DNA of 63,171 nt, filler included, from Diploschistes diacapsis (GCA_023645945.1; 9 parts of 9 records of this genome joined end to end with filler, not necessarily neighbours in it), one strand, 5' to 3'; counted from the whole stretch's first letter, positions 11,830 to 25,559 are shown. Notes: generated by a model not told the origin, from the letters alone. Numbers and translations are program-made.

Positions 11830-13583
11830 CTACTCTTTTTGGGCTACGAGTGATATTTATTATAATCATCGATTAAATTTTAAGATTCTTGTAGGTCCTT
11901 AATTTTGATTTATGAATTATATTTATCTGGCCAGCTTAGTTATTTTATATAGTATTATATAATGTCCTTTTCTTTTGTTCTGTCTAGTAATTTCTCGACC
12001 TCCTATTCTTGTTAATCATTTATTAATTCTGGTAGCGGTATTAGCCTATTTTCAGGATCATTATTTCTGGCTTTGTATGATTTAAGCAACGAAATATGGA
12101 ATACCGGATGTAATCCTGAATATTCTTTCGGTAGTACCAACCGGTAAACCTGTAAGCGTGTTGCGTTAATGATGCGGAACGGGCCAATGAATTTATGGGA
12201 TAGTTTTTTGCTAGGTTGTTTAAGATGTAGATTCTTTATAAATAATATTACGAGTTTTCCGATTATGTATGTATGAGGTAAATGTTTCTGATCGAAATAT
12301 TTCTTTTATTACTTCTGAGTATGTTTGATATTCTTTATAAGTTAAACTCGTGCGGTTTATATGCGATCAATCTTCGTTTAAATAACGGATATTTTTCTTT
12401 CGTCGGTTTCGATCTCGAAGCTAAAATAGACTTATGATTCGTAATCGTAGCACGTATAAAATAGGATTATTTTGATCGTTGAATTATACGTAGAATTATA
12501 TGAAAATTTTGTTAATAATAATAGTTTTAATTAATCATTTTAGCCTTCGTAGTAAAATATACGGAGATAATGTTTCAGCGTCTGATTTTGACGCTCTATC
12601 TACCCGTTAGATTACGGGTGGAAAGTGGTGTTTAAGCGCTATCTGGCCTGTATGGCACGATAAAATTGAGATCAATATTGATTCGTCAAGATTAGCTCCC
12701 GATCGGATATAATGCCTTTTAGGGCGCTATATTTCAAAATTACGTCTCGTAAGACTACCGTCGCCAACCCGTCGGACGTTAAGGATTTAATTATGGTAAT
12801 ATATTTTATCATTTTGGTATACCTATCTATTATTACTAAGATAGTATTTATAACCCCTATTGTATTCCTGCTGGGGGGTAATCCCGTGATAAAATCTAAT
12901 GTGATCTCCTGTTAGGGTGCGGACGGTGGCCGGAGGGAATATAGCGTGCTATACGGCTTGTGCCGGGGGACTTTTACCCGTTGGTAGATATCATAGCTGT
13001 TGATATATTTATTGATATATTTTTTTATGTTTTCTTAATAGAATTTTCGGGTTAAAAGCTCGTGGGTACGTTTTACGCCATAATAATTTAATAATTCATA
13101 ATCGTAGGCTAGCCGTAGTAGCTTCGATCTAATATCGTCGTTTTTTGAAACATATATACGGTTTTTATAATAAAGTGTAAAGGTTAATACTACAGTGTGA
13201 CAATAAGGCAGATAAGTGGCTATTCGGTAGCTAGGTTTCTGCTAGACGATAGATGTATTGATGAAATAATTTCTGAAGAACTATCTCTATCTGCGAAAAC
13301 TTTATTCTTATATAAGAACACGCTAGCGGGCCTTAGTATATACTTGACATATCTTTTAATAGCCCCTTATTGGGTTCTGCGTATTATAATTACTTTTTCC
13401 TTTCCTAAACTTTATCCTTAGAGCGTTTAACCCTCGTAACGTACCTTTATTGTCAGTTATACGATAACAGATTTTTAATGTATCGTCAATTTTTTGTGTT
13501 CTAATGATATTAATTATTAATATATAGTTCTATTTAATATTTATTAATTCCTAACTAGCGCGTCGACGGCGAGTCGTTAATAT
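11830..13583 (-). mobile_element. RIP-degraded Ty3/Gypsy chromovirus pol (integrase plus chromodomain)
   Basis: Minus-strand motifs: P*QEITLDFITGLP, RLNTTFHP*SNG*IERQNQ, PSKKLSHKFIGPFRII, LHPVFHISLLK and the chromodomain YYIK*LSWPDKYNS*I. Confidence 0.92.
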
Positions 13584-13683
13584 NNNNNNNNNNNNNNNNN
13601 NNNNNNNNNNNNNNNNNNNNNNNNNNNTTAATTAATTAANNNNNNNNNNNNNNNNNNNNNNNNNNNNNNNNNNNNNNNNNNNN
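13584..13683. other. Artificial contig-joining spacer
   Basis: N44-TTAATTAATTAA-N44. Confidence 0.99.
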
Positions 13684-14050
13684 AATATAAACGATATAAA
13701 AAAGCCGGTTTATATAAAACGTATAATCTATCGTATTAATATCTTTTTTTTAAGATTTAAAAGAATTTAACTCGATTCGTGATTATTAGAACGTGATTAT
13801 ATCTTAATAAATCGACGTATAATAATTAAACGAGGAACTTTAAATACGCGAACAACTTCTCGAACGTTAATAAACTTAATATATTATTAAAAATTTAAAG
13901 CATTAATATAATCGTTCATGTTAATTCTAATAAGATTGAATCGGTATTATGCGACGTAGCCATTATTAAAAAAATCGAAGAAAAAGACGAAAGTTATAAT
14001 GAGAGGTGGCCCACTTCTAGGGATGGCCCACTTCCCCGTCAAACACGTTA
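13684..14050. mobile_element. RIP-degraded end of a pogo/Fot1-like DNA transposon
   Basis: Terminus on the minus strand reads TA-ACGTGTTTGACGGGGAAGTGGGCCATCCCTAGAAGTGGGCCA, with the internal direct repeat typical of Fot1-family TIRs; body is AT-rich. Confidence 0.65.
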
Positions 14051-14439
14051 TGTTAGCTTTTTATTCAAATAGTTTCTTTTTTTAATTTTTTAATCGAAAC
14101 CTTTTCCCTTATAAATATATAATTATACGCAATTCTTTGAGATTAGGCCTAGCCCTTGATAGTATAATGTCCTTTCCTGCGCTGGCGTTTCACGGAATCC
14201 CCTCTAAACACGTTATTAAAGGGTCTACCAAAAATTCATATCGTCATCATTTTACTACTACTGATACCCTTCACGAGTTTATGTCAACACCACCGAGCCT
14301 GAATCGATTTTGTAGACAATTCATTTCTAAATCGTTTCATTCTTCGCCTCCAAATCCTGGAATCCTCAACCTTCGATAAATGTGAATAGTGGTGCCGACC
14401 ATTTGTGTCTAGACGCATTGCTCTTATAGATGTACAACT

Positions 14440-16118
14440 ATGGAGGGGTCAACATTCTGTTCGAAGCATAATGCTGCGCGCCATACTTGCTGGGGATATT
14501 CATTTACGCAAACAGAACATCACATGGACGCAAGCGAAGCAGGTCGTTTGAAGCGTTCCTGGGATAAGTTGGCAGATGATGCCCTTGACAGACTCAACAA
14601 CCTAGACTTGGAGGGTTTGGCAAGAAAAATGATAGTTCCAAAGCCAAAACCCAGCAGTGGACAAAAGCGGGATCTTTTCTGTTTGCTGCGTGATAATGCT
14701 GAAGTTGACCCTGCTTTGAGTAAATTATGGGAACAGGCTAACTCTGTGCCGGAATGGGTGGACTGGCGTCAAATCTCTCGGGGACAAGATGTGTTCTATC
14801 GCTGTCAGTCTCAGCCGGGTGCGTTCAGAAACACCTGTCAACTGACCTTCCCAGATGGCGGCCCTGCACTCACGGGGTTGGCCTTCCAGAGCCTGCTTGG
14901 GGGACTAGGTACCCAGTTCAGAGTTTCAGTACCCCATAGCCTGACTCTGACCTGCAATAGGGGCAGCACGTATCGTGGAAGTTCGATCAGGCTCATATTG
15001 AACGTTGAACGGCTTCACTAAATGTCCCTAGACACTAAGCCGCACTGGAGGGTTTTCGGCCAACGTAGCACGCCACAGGCTTTTCGAGACAACACAGTTC
15101 GTTTTGCAATGTACCCACTCTCTGACTTCTATTCAGCCGGGCGGAGAAGGCTTCGCAGCGTCTATTCGTGTCCGGCTTTTGCACGCTGCAGTCCGCACTC
15201 GAATTCTCAAACTGGCGAAGCTTCGGAAATCCTATTATGATGTCGAGACACTAGGGGTACCGATAAATGATCTTGACTGCATAGCAACGATTGGCACATT
15301 CTCAGCCACACTAGTCTGGGTCGCGCTTCCTAGGCAGGGTATATTCCTTAAGCAAAGAGAAATCGAAGATTTCATAGCGCTCTTCAGGTACGTAGGGCAC
15401 GTAATGGGGACGCCAACCGAATATTTTGCCACACCGAACAAAGCACGTAAGACCATGGAAAGCTTACTTCTCACCGAAATTAAACCCACGCCGACTTCGC
15501 GCATTCTAGCAAGAAACGTTATCGAGAGTCTTGCTGATCAACCACCTGGTGCGAAGCATCCGGCCACTCCTATCTGCTTCCATATCTACCTGTTTCCCGT
15601 TAATACTGGTCTAGGTTATCCATCCAGGCCGTTTCTTGAGGCGACTGCGCGTTGGTTGAATGGCCATGAACTTTCAGACGCACTTGGGCTTAGTCGGCCC
15701 TCCTTGTATCACAATACTTTAGTAGCAGGACAGTGCATGTTTTTCATGTTGGTCTGTTATCTGCATCGTGAGATTCCTATTTTGGATCGTCGGAAGATTG
15801 CTGTATGAAAACATTCGTTTCTATTGCGGTCTTTATTGCTTATTTGAATAGGCGTTGCGCAAAGTCTTCTGGACGGTCATAGTGGAAAGTAAACATGGTT
15901 TGCAGAAAGAAACTGTGTTTGAGTTCAAATACGTTCCAAAGTTTGACAAGGTCACCAAGGTGGGGAGGGCGCCTCGAGTGGCAACAATTGACCAAGGTGT
16001 TGAAAGGAGGAACCTTAGTTTCATCATGTTCACTTGCGTCTTTTTGCTGATATGTGTATATCAGGCTGGCAGATTGGTTGGAGGGTCATTCCATATTGTA
16101 CGTGGGTTCACCATGTAA
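14440..16118 (+). CDS. ER-bound oxygenase MpaB/rubber-oxygenase-like (DUF2236) protein, multi-exon
   Basis: VPEWVDWRQISRGQDVFYR, GEGFAASIRVRLLHAAVR, PINDLDCIATIGTFS and a C-terminal TM segment. Confidence 0.85.
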
Positions 16119-17889
16119 TGCTCCTCTAACATCTACTCATTAGACCTAGCATGAGCTGAAAGTGCCATATCCAAGCAAAACCCAGGCATAGTCCTCGGCT
16201 GTTGAATAAGCAAATGGGTAATGGTGTTCAGCCCTTCAGTTGCTGGGCAGTCCAACGGTGTTCAAAGTGCATAGTTTAAGATGCAATTATTGAAGCCAAC
16301 CTAAAACCCATGTTATCTATACTGGCGTCGATTGCTTCAGCGAAAGAGTAGTAGGTTTCGACGTTGCTGACATGACTAGATAGTGGCTGGTATTCTATGT
16401 TGGCGTAGCTCCTCATTAAAGCTGCAGAAGAAGCATTGAGCTTGTATAGACCCAACGAGGTGTTCTGGCTTCTACAGCTCTGAGTCGGGATCTTTATGAA
16501 GTCCTTTCATAATTAGTTTGCCCTGAGCTTATAGTTTTTGTTATGCTCACACATACGTCTTTGCCGCTCTTAGTGCGTAATGCTTGTTCTCTTTTAGCAT
16601 TCTTCTGAAGGTTGTGCAAAGCAAGCTGTGAAGTTTCTAGCAGCCTCGACTCCCGCCTCACCTCATCCTTCAGAAGCGCCAGGCGATGGGCAGCCGACGT
16701 TAATTGCTCCTCAATTTCGTACTTGCAGTAAAGTCAGCAGAGAGCTCGAGAATGCAGACCATGTTCGCGGACGTTGTTCCTTAACATCAGCTCGTACCCA
16801 AAATGCCAGTCTTTCGTGCCAGGCGGAAAAGGCATGCGAGGAAGACGTTTTGCCAATCTAGATGACTGTTAATATCTGCCCGCATCTCTAGCAACTCGGC
16901 TTCATACGTATTTCGCAAAGTTCTTAGCAGCATGAGAGATTCAACCTCATGTTTTTCAGTATTTTGCAAGGGCCTTGCAAGTTTTAAAACCGAACTTAAC
17001 AAGTTCTTTACTCGCGCCTGGCTTTGACCTGTAGAGACCAGCCATTTGCCCTTCACGGTAGCGATTTTGATTGCTCTGTGTCGAGGCTGTAGCCTTGAGA
17101 ATTCGTTGCTCTCAAGCTCTGGCAAACATCAGATTCGAAGCCCTGCACTGGGTTTAAATGTGTGTACCATCTGTTAAGTCCTCTTGCTCTTGGTCACCCT
17201 TGCGTTTCCGACTTTCTCCCAGTTGTTGAGAACGCCCTGCCAAGTCCATGCTACTAAAACCTGAGCTGGCTGCACCTGTCCTACTAAAGGAGGTGAGAAT
17301 AGGAGTGGTAATGCGGACGTTGCGATTGTTTCTTGGTTCAATAGGTCTATATTTCTTGGGCCTCGTGAATCTATTGCGTTTACACTAAGGTTGGTCAGGA
17401 ATGGCTTTGACAGAAATTATGCGACTTATGTTACCATGATTTATAATTGTATTGTCGGTAAACGATCTCAAGGGGTAACTCTTCCCATTGTTTACAGAAT
17501 GGTGTTCTTTGATCTGACTCGAAGCACTTCGCGTTCAGTTAACAGAGCTGTATAATCTTGTATGACAGTCAGGTGCCAAAAGTAGTCGGTTACTCCGCAC
17601 CCTCCAGAAATATACTGTGCTTGCCAAGCCGTTTGGCTCATGTCGAGCTCCTATATGAGACGAGCCACACTGTCACAAGTTGTGCGCAAATCTGATTCAT
17701 CTATGTAGATTAAAAAGAGTTAAATTCAGAAACAAAGACACTTATGTACTATCAAATGCTGTCGAATGACTGGAGGAAAGCTTGAGGAACGCACATACAA
17801 GATTTAAGTTTGCATGGGGAGGGCGCGGAGCAGCTGGTGCCCCTGATTTATACGGGGGCACTGTATTGTATTATTCCTACTGTGGTTTC

Positions 17890-18139
17890 ACTACGGAGTT
17901 AAGCCCTAAGTCCGAAAAGGCTTGGCAGAATACTTTTTATTTATAAATCTGTAGCTAGACAATTTGAACACACTATACAATCGAATCACATATGGTATTA
18001 ACGAAAAAATAATTTACTTAAAGAGTTCTGACCTCGGTTAGACTTTAAAGGTTAAATTTTAAAAAAAATAAATTCTTTTTCGATCGAAACGATTCGATTC
18101 GTTTGTATTATTCGATTTATTAAGATTTAAGATATAGAT
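17890..18139. repeat. AT-rich RIP-like repeat remnant at contig end
   Basis: TpA-rich, non-coding, runs into the gap. Confidence 0.4.
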
Positions 18140-18239
18140 NNNNNNNNNNNNNNNNNNNNNNNNNNNNNNNNNNNNNNNNNNNNTTAATTAATTAANNNNN
18201 NNNNNNNNNNNNNNNNNNNNNNNNNNNNNNNNNNNNNNN
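18140..18239. other. Artificial contig-joining spacer
   Basis: N44-TTAATTAATTAA-N44. Confidence 0.99.
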
Positions 18240-18483
18240 GGGAAGGGCGAAGGTTGGGGGGATGAAGAAGGGGGAGCGGAAAAAGAGGGTTTCGTTTGGA
18301 TGAAGATTGGCTTTTTGTGGCTTGTGAAAGCGGCTTTATTGTTGTCGGAGTTTTTCTTGCGGAAGCGGTTCTATCGTGGGTCTGTCTATGCTAGTCTATG
18401 GCTATGGCTATTCGCGCTTGCAAAACAGAGGTGCAACGGGTCTAATCTATGATGATCCACGAGTAAGCACTAGAGGGGGACGA

Positions 18484-20089
18484 CTACGGGTACAGGGGTT
18501 CGTGAGGCATCTGCATGTGTCGGCGCATGGGCAGGAACGGTGGCGGATTCGCTTCAATCTTGAGATCGTCGGCAGAAGGTCCCTTGTCGGTGGGTTCGTC
18601 TGGTTTCTCCACTTCTAGCTCTTCGGCCATTCTCATCAAAAACCGAGACGCCTATGCACGGCAGTTAGTGGAAACAAAATGAAATTGACATGGTGATCCT
18701 GCGTACCGGTTTTGCGAACCATCGATCTCCGCCCCATTCGAACCAGCTGAGGTGGCCGCCCATCGTTGTGGTCAGCAGAACGGCGTAAGGGTTAGAGGTG
18801 AATTCGACCCAGGGAATGGCATCACGGTGAACAATCTAACAAACCTTAGTACATGACCCGAGTCCGCCTTGAATAGGAACATACCGGGTCGTCTTCGGCA
18901 TTGATGGCGAGTAGCGGGACGCGAACAGCACAGACCGAGTCACAGGATGAGGCGTCTCGGTAGTATGCGCCCTCGGACGGATATCCCCATACTGGACCCT
19001 GGAGCTCTCTGAGTCGTGTTAGTTACATATACTTAATTCGAAGATGTAATCGCACCGATCAAACTCGTGCAGATACGTGATCTTCCGCACCCTCTCTACG
19101 TTCACTCTAGGGTTCTTTGACACTTCGTCTACGTGCCTAAGAGCTGTTAGCCAACTCCACTGCGCGGATACGCTAATCATCTACCTTTCAAAGAGCTTCT
19201 TCATACTCGTTCCCATAGCTCTCGAGTACACGTTCAAGCCGATCCACGAACTCCGCAACGCAACAGAGCTGACGTCCAAATTCCAGGGATTCGAGCAAAC
19301 GACCGCAGCTTTCAGGGGACACTCATCACCAATCTCACCGAGATACTGCACGCCATAAGGCACATAATATCAGTCATCGCAAGTATACAAACCCGTACGA
19401 TCTCCAATTGAATCCTTACGTACGTTCATCAGAATATTCGCCCCAAGACTGAACCCGATGCCAAATAGCTTTCTCTTCGGCCAAGTTTTCCGTGCCCACG
19501 TAACAATTTGGTGGCAGTCCCATGTAGCACGCGCATTGTACAGGATTCCAGTCGTGAGCTTCGTCCCAGCGCAGCCTCGGCTATTCACCACGCATGCTTC
19601 CCACCCGGCATCTACGAGGGGCTGTAGCACACATCGCAGGTAGATCTCGTGCGAGCCGCCGCTCAGACCGTGCAGAGCGATGACAAGAGGTTTGCCGTCA
19701 TCCTCGCTGCAGTACTTCTCGAACTCGTCCTTCGTGAAGTAGCTCGTCCGCGGCGGCCATGACAATTTGTTCTCATTGGGTAGAGTTTGGGCGGAATAGG
19801 AAGGAACGACAAAGTCCACGGCAAAGGTGCCGGCCAGTTCGGGACGCTCGGAGGAGAAGATGTGGCGCTTGTAGTAGATAAGGATATCGGCCGATTGGGC
19901 CGCGGTCCAGCCTGTCTGGAGGTGTCCGTTGAACAAGAGGGGGTTGAGTCTGCAGGCTGGTGTAGACGCTTCACAGATGGAGAGGAGGGAGTGCGTGGAG
20001 CCGTTGCTGCGTTGCCGGAGGGAGAGGGGCTCCTTGTGGTGGGTGAAGGTCACTTTGCTGTGGCCGGCGAAGCTGGAGAGGTAGTCCAT
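18484..20089 (-). CDS. Alpha/beta hydrolase, EHT1/EEB1/YheT family (medium-chain acyl ester synthase/esterase), multi-exon
   Basis: LNPLLFNGHLQT, LHGLSGGSHEIYLR, NSRGCAG, GFSLGANI and GGHLSWFE; last exon ends EPLYP*. Confidence 0.9.
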
Positions 20090-20483
20090 CCTGTAATACT
20101 TCTGGGAATACGGAATTGAGTAGAGTGGGTACAAAAACTACTTCCAGTAATGGAAGCCAGTAAGCAAGCAGGCTTCAATCAAGCACACCTTCCCACTGGA
20201 TTAAGCGTCTGCTATCTGTCAACATCAACCTATAAGCACAGTGCGTTCAGACCTTCTCAATACCATGAGGCAGTTAAAGGAAAAAGTTCACGGAGCCTGA
20301 GTTTGTTGGAGAATAACAGGAAGCGGTAAAGAACTTAAGCCGGAAACTTGACATGTTGAGCCCTGTCGTGAGGAACTTATGCACCTCCCCAATATGCTAG
20401 AGCGAAACAAATTCATCCGCAAGCCTATATTGTAGAGAAGAGTTGAAGTATGAGGAGGAGGCGATTCGCGATATACCAGACAC

Positions 20484-22681
20484 ATGGCCTTCAATAATGA
20501 AAATTATTACCCTTTCCAGGATCCACGCGTACAGTCCCAATACTCGCGGCCGCAACATCAGCAATATCAGCAGCAGAGTCAGCATCCAGGTTTTTCACCG
20601 CAAACAGTACAAGTCCAGATACCCAAGATCCCACAATACGACGGAACGGCCCTTCAAAGCACGCAATACGCAGGTAGCTATCCAAACGCCCAATATCAGC
20701 ATCGTCACCTCCTGCAGCAGCAGCGCAACAATGAATGCCAGCAACCTCAGACGCCGCGGCAACCGCAGGAACGCAAACCTTCAAAATCTTCACCAAGTTT
20801 AGTATCTTCCAAGGGAGGACATAAGCATGCAGCAACTGCAGATTCGAAGCCTTCCTTACCTAAGCTAGTTTCGCCTGCCAAACCTGCTCAGGCAGAGAAA
20901 GTGAAGCCGAAACCAAAGGAGATTGAACTTGACTACGCTCTCCTTCTTATAGATCTTGCGGAAGAGTACTTTGGCGCCGCATACGGGAGAATTCATTCAG
21001 ACTCAAAGACGAAGGACGACCCTAACCAGGACCCGGATCAGTTCTACAAGCTTGTTGCTACCGGGTTGGTATGTCTAGAGGTCGTACTAAAGGTTCGTTC
21101 GCTAGGATATCAAGGATGTGTTGAAGGCTAATCTAGCAAGCAATGGAAATCCGCCTTAACGCCCTTGCTGGAAGCTGCCGTACGTCTGAGATATGCCTCG
21201 GTGCTTTTCCAGGAGACTGAAAGCCTGATGGAAGCTGAAGAGGCACTAAGTAAAGGAGTATGCAAGTTGAAATACGGACTAAGAAGTTGCTTTGCTGAAG
21301 CCGTACAGATATCTCAATGCGAAAGGGTATGCGAAGCCCCCAAGCGAAATCCTTAGTAATTTCGATTAGTATAAACTGCACGATCTCAAGTATAACATGC
21401 AACATCTCCTGGCTCGGATAAGCTATGCCACAAACTCCAGAGCTGCTTCCAAGTTTCTGGATGCAGCAATCAAGGTTGCTGAGGCGTAAGTAACAAGCTC
21501 TATTAAAGTCCATGACATGACTCTTTCTTCAGGGAACAGCACATTTCGTGGCTATACGCTTTTCGGTTCCTACGGGTTTCCAAGGCTCTTGACGTGAATT
21601 CCACCCAAGAGTCTCTTGCAGCCTTTGCTTTGCTGAAAGTGATCATGAACACCGCCAGCAGCAGAGGCGACGTCGCTATAGTAGCTACCGCTTGTGCTAC
21701 CGAGGCTTTGGCGCATGTCAGTCACTCCAGATCCTCGGAAAGCATCGAGCAGGCTCAAACGGCTCTGGCGACAATCAGGAGCGCTCAAATGAGTTCAGTA
21801 ACGGCCCAGGTACCTAATCTCACTATCATGGCTCATTTCGTCGATGTGATGTGCAGTCTCTTTAGGGACGAGTTCGACATGGCGGTGACCAAGATGACGG
21901 CGATGCACGTTTCTTTAGAGGAACTGAGGGAAAATAGCAGCTGGACAGCTGATGGGACGTTCAGAGTTCCACTGTCTCGGCCAGCAACCAAAGCAGGGGG
22001 TTCCTCCCATGGCATTGTGTTAACTGACCAGTCCGGGCGTTCTTTCCTGCAAGTAAGGTGGCTACCAAAGGATGTGATTTATACTTTGGGCTACATGCTG
22101 AGCGCAGCCGTGACCATGGCAAAAAATCCTCAGGAAAGAATGGCGGAAAGGTTTCTTAAGGAGGCGATGGGTGGGTCCCTCGAATATCATGGATGGTGTG
22201 ACATTGGCGAGCTAATCCATCTAGTGCAACTGGGTGATCCTACGAAAATGGACACCACAAGGATGGAACACAACTGGCGGCATCCTCTGCGTTGTCAAGC
22301 GCAGATTAGTCTAGTGTTCGCGTTGTGCGGGCGAAGCGCATGGGGCGAGGCGAAGAAGGAGCTAACATCACTAAAAGAAATGGCGATAGAGCTCGAGGAG
22401 CAAGCCAACTCTTCCACCATCGTCTTCATCCTCTACCTCGAAGGCATGATCCTCCAAGGCACCGGCGACACCATGGGTGCTCTCTCAATCTACACTAACC
22501 CTCGGCTCGCTACCAACCCCGACGCCCCCCAACCCCGTGAACCCTCCATAGTGCACGACCTCTCCATCCTCGCCGCCCTCAACTCCATCCTCATCGTCCA
22601 CCTCCCCACGCACCCCCAGCACTCCTCCCTCCTTCCTCCCCTCCTCTCCTCCCTGTCCCCCTACAGCTGTCATCTTGCAAT
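20484..22681 (+). CDS. Cohesin loading factor subunit (Scc4/Ssl3/MAU2-like), 3'-truncated
   Basis: Q-rich N-terminus, LLIDLAEEYF, YKLVATGLVCLEVVLK, EAAVRLRYASVLFQETESLMEAEEALSKG and TPR-like helices. Confidence 0.8.
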
Positions 22682-22781
22682 NNNNNNNNNNNNNNNNNNN
22701 NNNNNNNNNNNNNNNNNNNNNNNNNTTAATTAATTAANNNNNNNNNNNNNNNNNNNNNNNNNNNNNNNNNNNNNNNNNNNN
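22682..22781. other. Artificial contig-joining spacer
   Basis: N44-TTAATTAATTAA-N44. Confidence 0.99.
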
Positions 22782-23510
22782 ACGGACGAGATTATTTATT
22801 TTATTATTACGTCGTTTACGTTTTTACGGATCGCGATAATTATATTATAAATTATACGATCCCGCGTTATCTTTTTTTTTTATATCGATATTATATATAA
22901 TAAATCTCGATTCGATATCGCCGTTACGTTAATAATAATAATAATATTATATAATACTTTTAAACGTTTTATTAAACGTTTAGAAATTATTTACGTATAA
23001 TTAAAACGCGTTAAAATTTATTACGATTATTCGTAGGGTATTTACGACGATAAAAAAACGCGTTTTTTACGCCGGGAGGTTTATAAAGAAGTTATAAAAC
23101 CTTCCCGTAATAAATAACGGCGGTAAAAGGAAGCGAGGACGAACGAGCGTAACGAACGCGGCGAACGTAGTAAGGGTAGGCGAGATAAAAGCGATAAAAA
23201 GAACGGAAAAAAGAATAAAAAAGAAAGTAATATTTTTACGATTTAAAATAACGACGAAGATATCGTAAAACATACGATTTTTAAAATTTAATTTATCGTT
23301 ATTATCGATATTAATGATTACGTTAAACGTAATCGTATCGGCGATAAGAAACGTAAAACGAATAAATAAAAAAATATTTATTATATTTAAAAAATAATTA
23401 AAAAAATAAGATTAAAAATAATAAAAAAAACATATAAATCGCGTAAAAAGTAAATAAATATGATTAAAAAAAGAGATAATTTTATAGGTATTTATGGTTA
23501 TAAATAAATT
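22782..23510. repeat. Extremely RIP-mutated repeat relic
   Basis: Very AT-rich; the remaining C and G are mostly in CpG dinucleotides. Confidence 0.75.
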
Positions 23511-23585
23511 TGGGTGATTGAGAAAGTATCTGTAGAACCATGGTACTCATCTTGTAATTTATGTGTACAGTAAACAGAATAGCAC

Positions 23586-24811
23586 TTGCCGATCGTAACG
23601 AGTGCTTGCGCTCTAGGCTTCACTTCACTAGGTTCAATCTTTCGACTTGCAGTTTTCCCAATCATCACAGCATGCACATATCTCATCGGCCAAACATGTC
23701 TGGTCATAATGCCTCGACTACTGCTTACGAATTGCATTGCGGGTTTTGCCTGCACATACTGGACACAGTACCTGATCAGCGCCATTCTCCTTCAGGAGAA
23801 TTTCGAGGATCACGGACCGCTACAGGAGGGCAGCAGACTGGCTAAGCGTGGCGACGATTCCGTGCTGGCGAGAATCAAGTTTGGGCTATTCACTACCGGC
23901 TCAACACGCAATGTGGGTACAAACCACGAGGTCAAAGGTGTTCCTCCTTTCTCGAAGAAAGATCCAGCCTATGTTCCTTCTCGCAGCGCTTTTCTTCTTC
24001 AAAGAGGTTTCCTGGCGCTGTTCGCTTTCCTCGTCGTGGACCTTATGACGGCAAGCCCACCGGACATATCCCAGAACGCAATTACCTTTAGTCGAGCCAA
24101 GGTCCCATTCTTTACGCGTCTAAACGAGATTACGGCCGAGGAATTCAAGGCGAGGGTCATCGTAAGTGCGGGCCAATATATTGGAATCTACTTCGTCACC
24201 ACGCTGCTTCATTCCGTGATCTCTTTCCTCGCGGTACTGAGCGGAGCGTTTGAACCAAAAGATTGGCCACCGTTGTACGGCTCCATCACGGAGATGTGGT
24301 CCCTCCGCCAGTTCTGGGGGTAAGGAAAACCCCAAAGATTAGGTCGATAGCTGATACCCTTTACAGGCGGTTTTGGCACGTTATGATGCGGTTCAAGAAT
24401 GAGAGCGTGGCCAACTGGCTCGCTTGGGATATTCTAAAGTTACAGAGAGGCACCACTCTGGGCCGTTATGCTCACATTTTCTTGGTGTTCATGACTTCTG
24501 GTTGGTGCCATGTATTGATGGACATCATTGGCCCGATTCCACTGGCCGAGTGTGAGGCTTTGCAGTTTTTCTTTACACACGCTCTGCTGTTCATCTTCGA
24601 GGATGCTGTGGTTACTGCTTGGGGGAAGTTTAGGGGGAGGAAGAGGACTGACAAGGACCCAAATGTTTGGATCAAGCTACTTGGCGCGATCTGGGTATGT
24701 GCTGTTCACGTTTGGGCCACACCAGTATGGGTATATCCAGGCTTAAGACACGCAATCGATGGTAAGAAGGCTGAGTTTCTACCCTTCAGCATCGCGCAAC
24801 CATTCCTTTAG
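23586..24811 (+). CDS. Membrane-bound O-acyltransferase (MBOAT_2/wax synthase, Tri7-like); intron 24320-24366; start unclear
   Basis: DWPPLYGSITEMWSLRQFWG|RFWH, FLVFMTSGWCH, LLFIFED and multiple TM segments. An in-frame TAG at 23580 precedes the first TM. Confidence 0.82.
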
Positions 24812-25559
24812 AGTCCGATATTCCCAGTGAGGCAAGCACATAAAACAAGAACACTTGATAAATAAAAACGTCACAAGAGATGAATTTTGATAAAATCTTA
24901 GGCCAGTTAGCGCCAATGCCTAAGGAAGCATGATACCCAGATTGTGTTCATATGGAATGATTCCAATTTTTGTCCCAAAGCACTCATATTCTCCCAAGCA
25001 TTTCTCTTTCGTTTGCGCATCTTACTTCTGCCATCGCCCTCCTGCGATTACGACGCATTGTCGTAAGAGCTTAAGCACCTCCTTACGATGGCACGCTATT
25101 ATTATTGTACGAGTCTGCTCAGAGTAACAGACACTCTCACCTCTCTACTACGTGCCTCAAGTATTTGATTGGCGCACTATAAGCGGCCAACGCGCGTCAA
25201 GAGACTTGCTCTGCACAAACGGACTCTTTATCCATCTGCAAATCCCAGAGTTACAGCCAGGCAACAGTGAATGGTCTTGCTGTGATAGATTACGCGTAGG
25301 CACGTCTTCAAGGCAAGGCAGATCTCGAACAGAAACCACCGCGGTTTTCAGAACGCCAGGTTGCAATTATCTTGGATATCAAAGGACTCGTCCCATCATA
25401 GCGAGGCTTGTGTGTTACTTGGTAGAAGTAGCTCAATTTTGGGCTGAAGAATTTGGATATATGTTCGGGGCAGTATCGTGTTCCTTCTAGTACCTCCAAC
25501 GCTCATGCTTTTTGATCCCTTCAGCTTCTTAGAAAATTCTGTTCCAAACAAATCCCACG

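Noticed and set aside
16628..17170. Minus-strand ORF fragment with helical character
   Set aside because: In-frame TGA near the start and no recognisable domain; cannot be supported.
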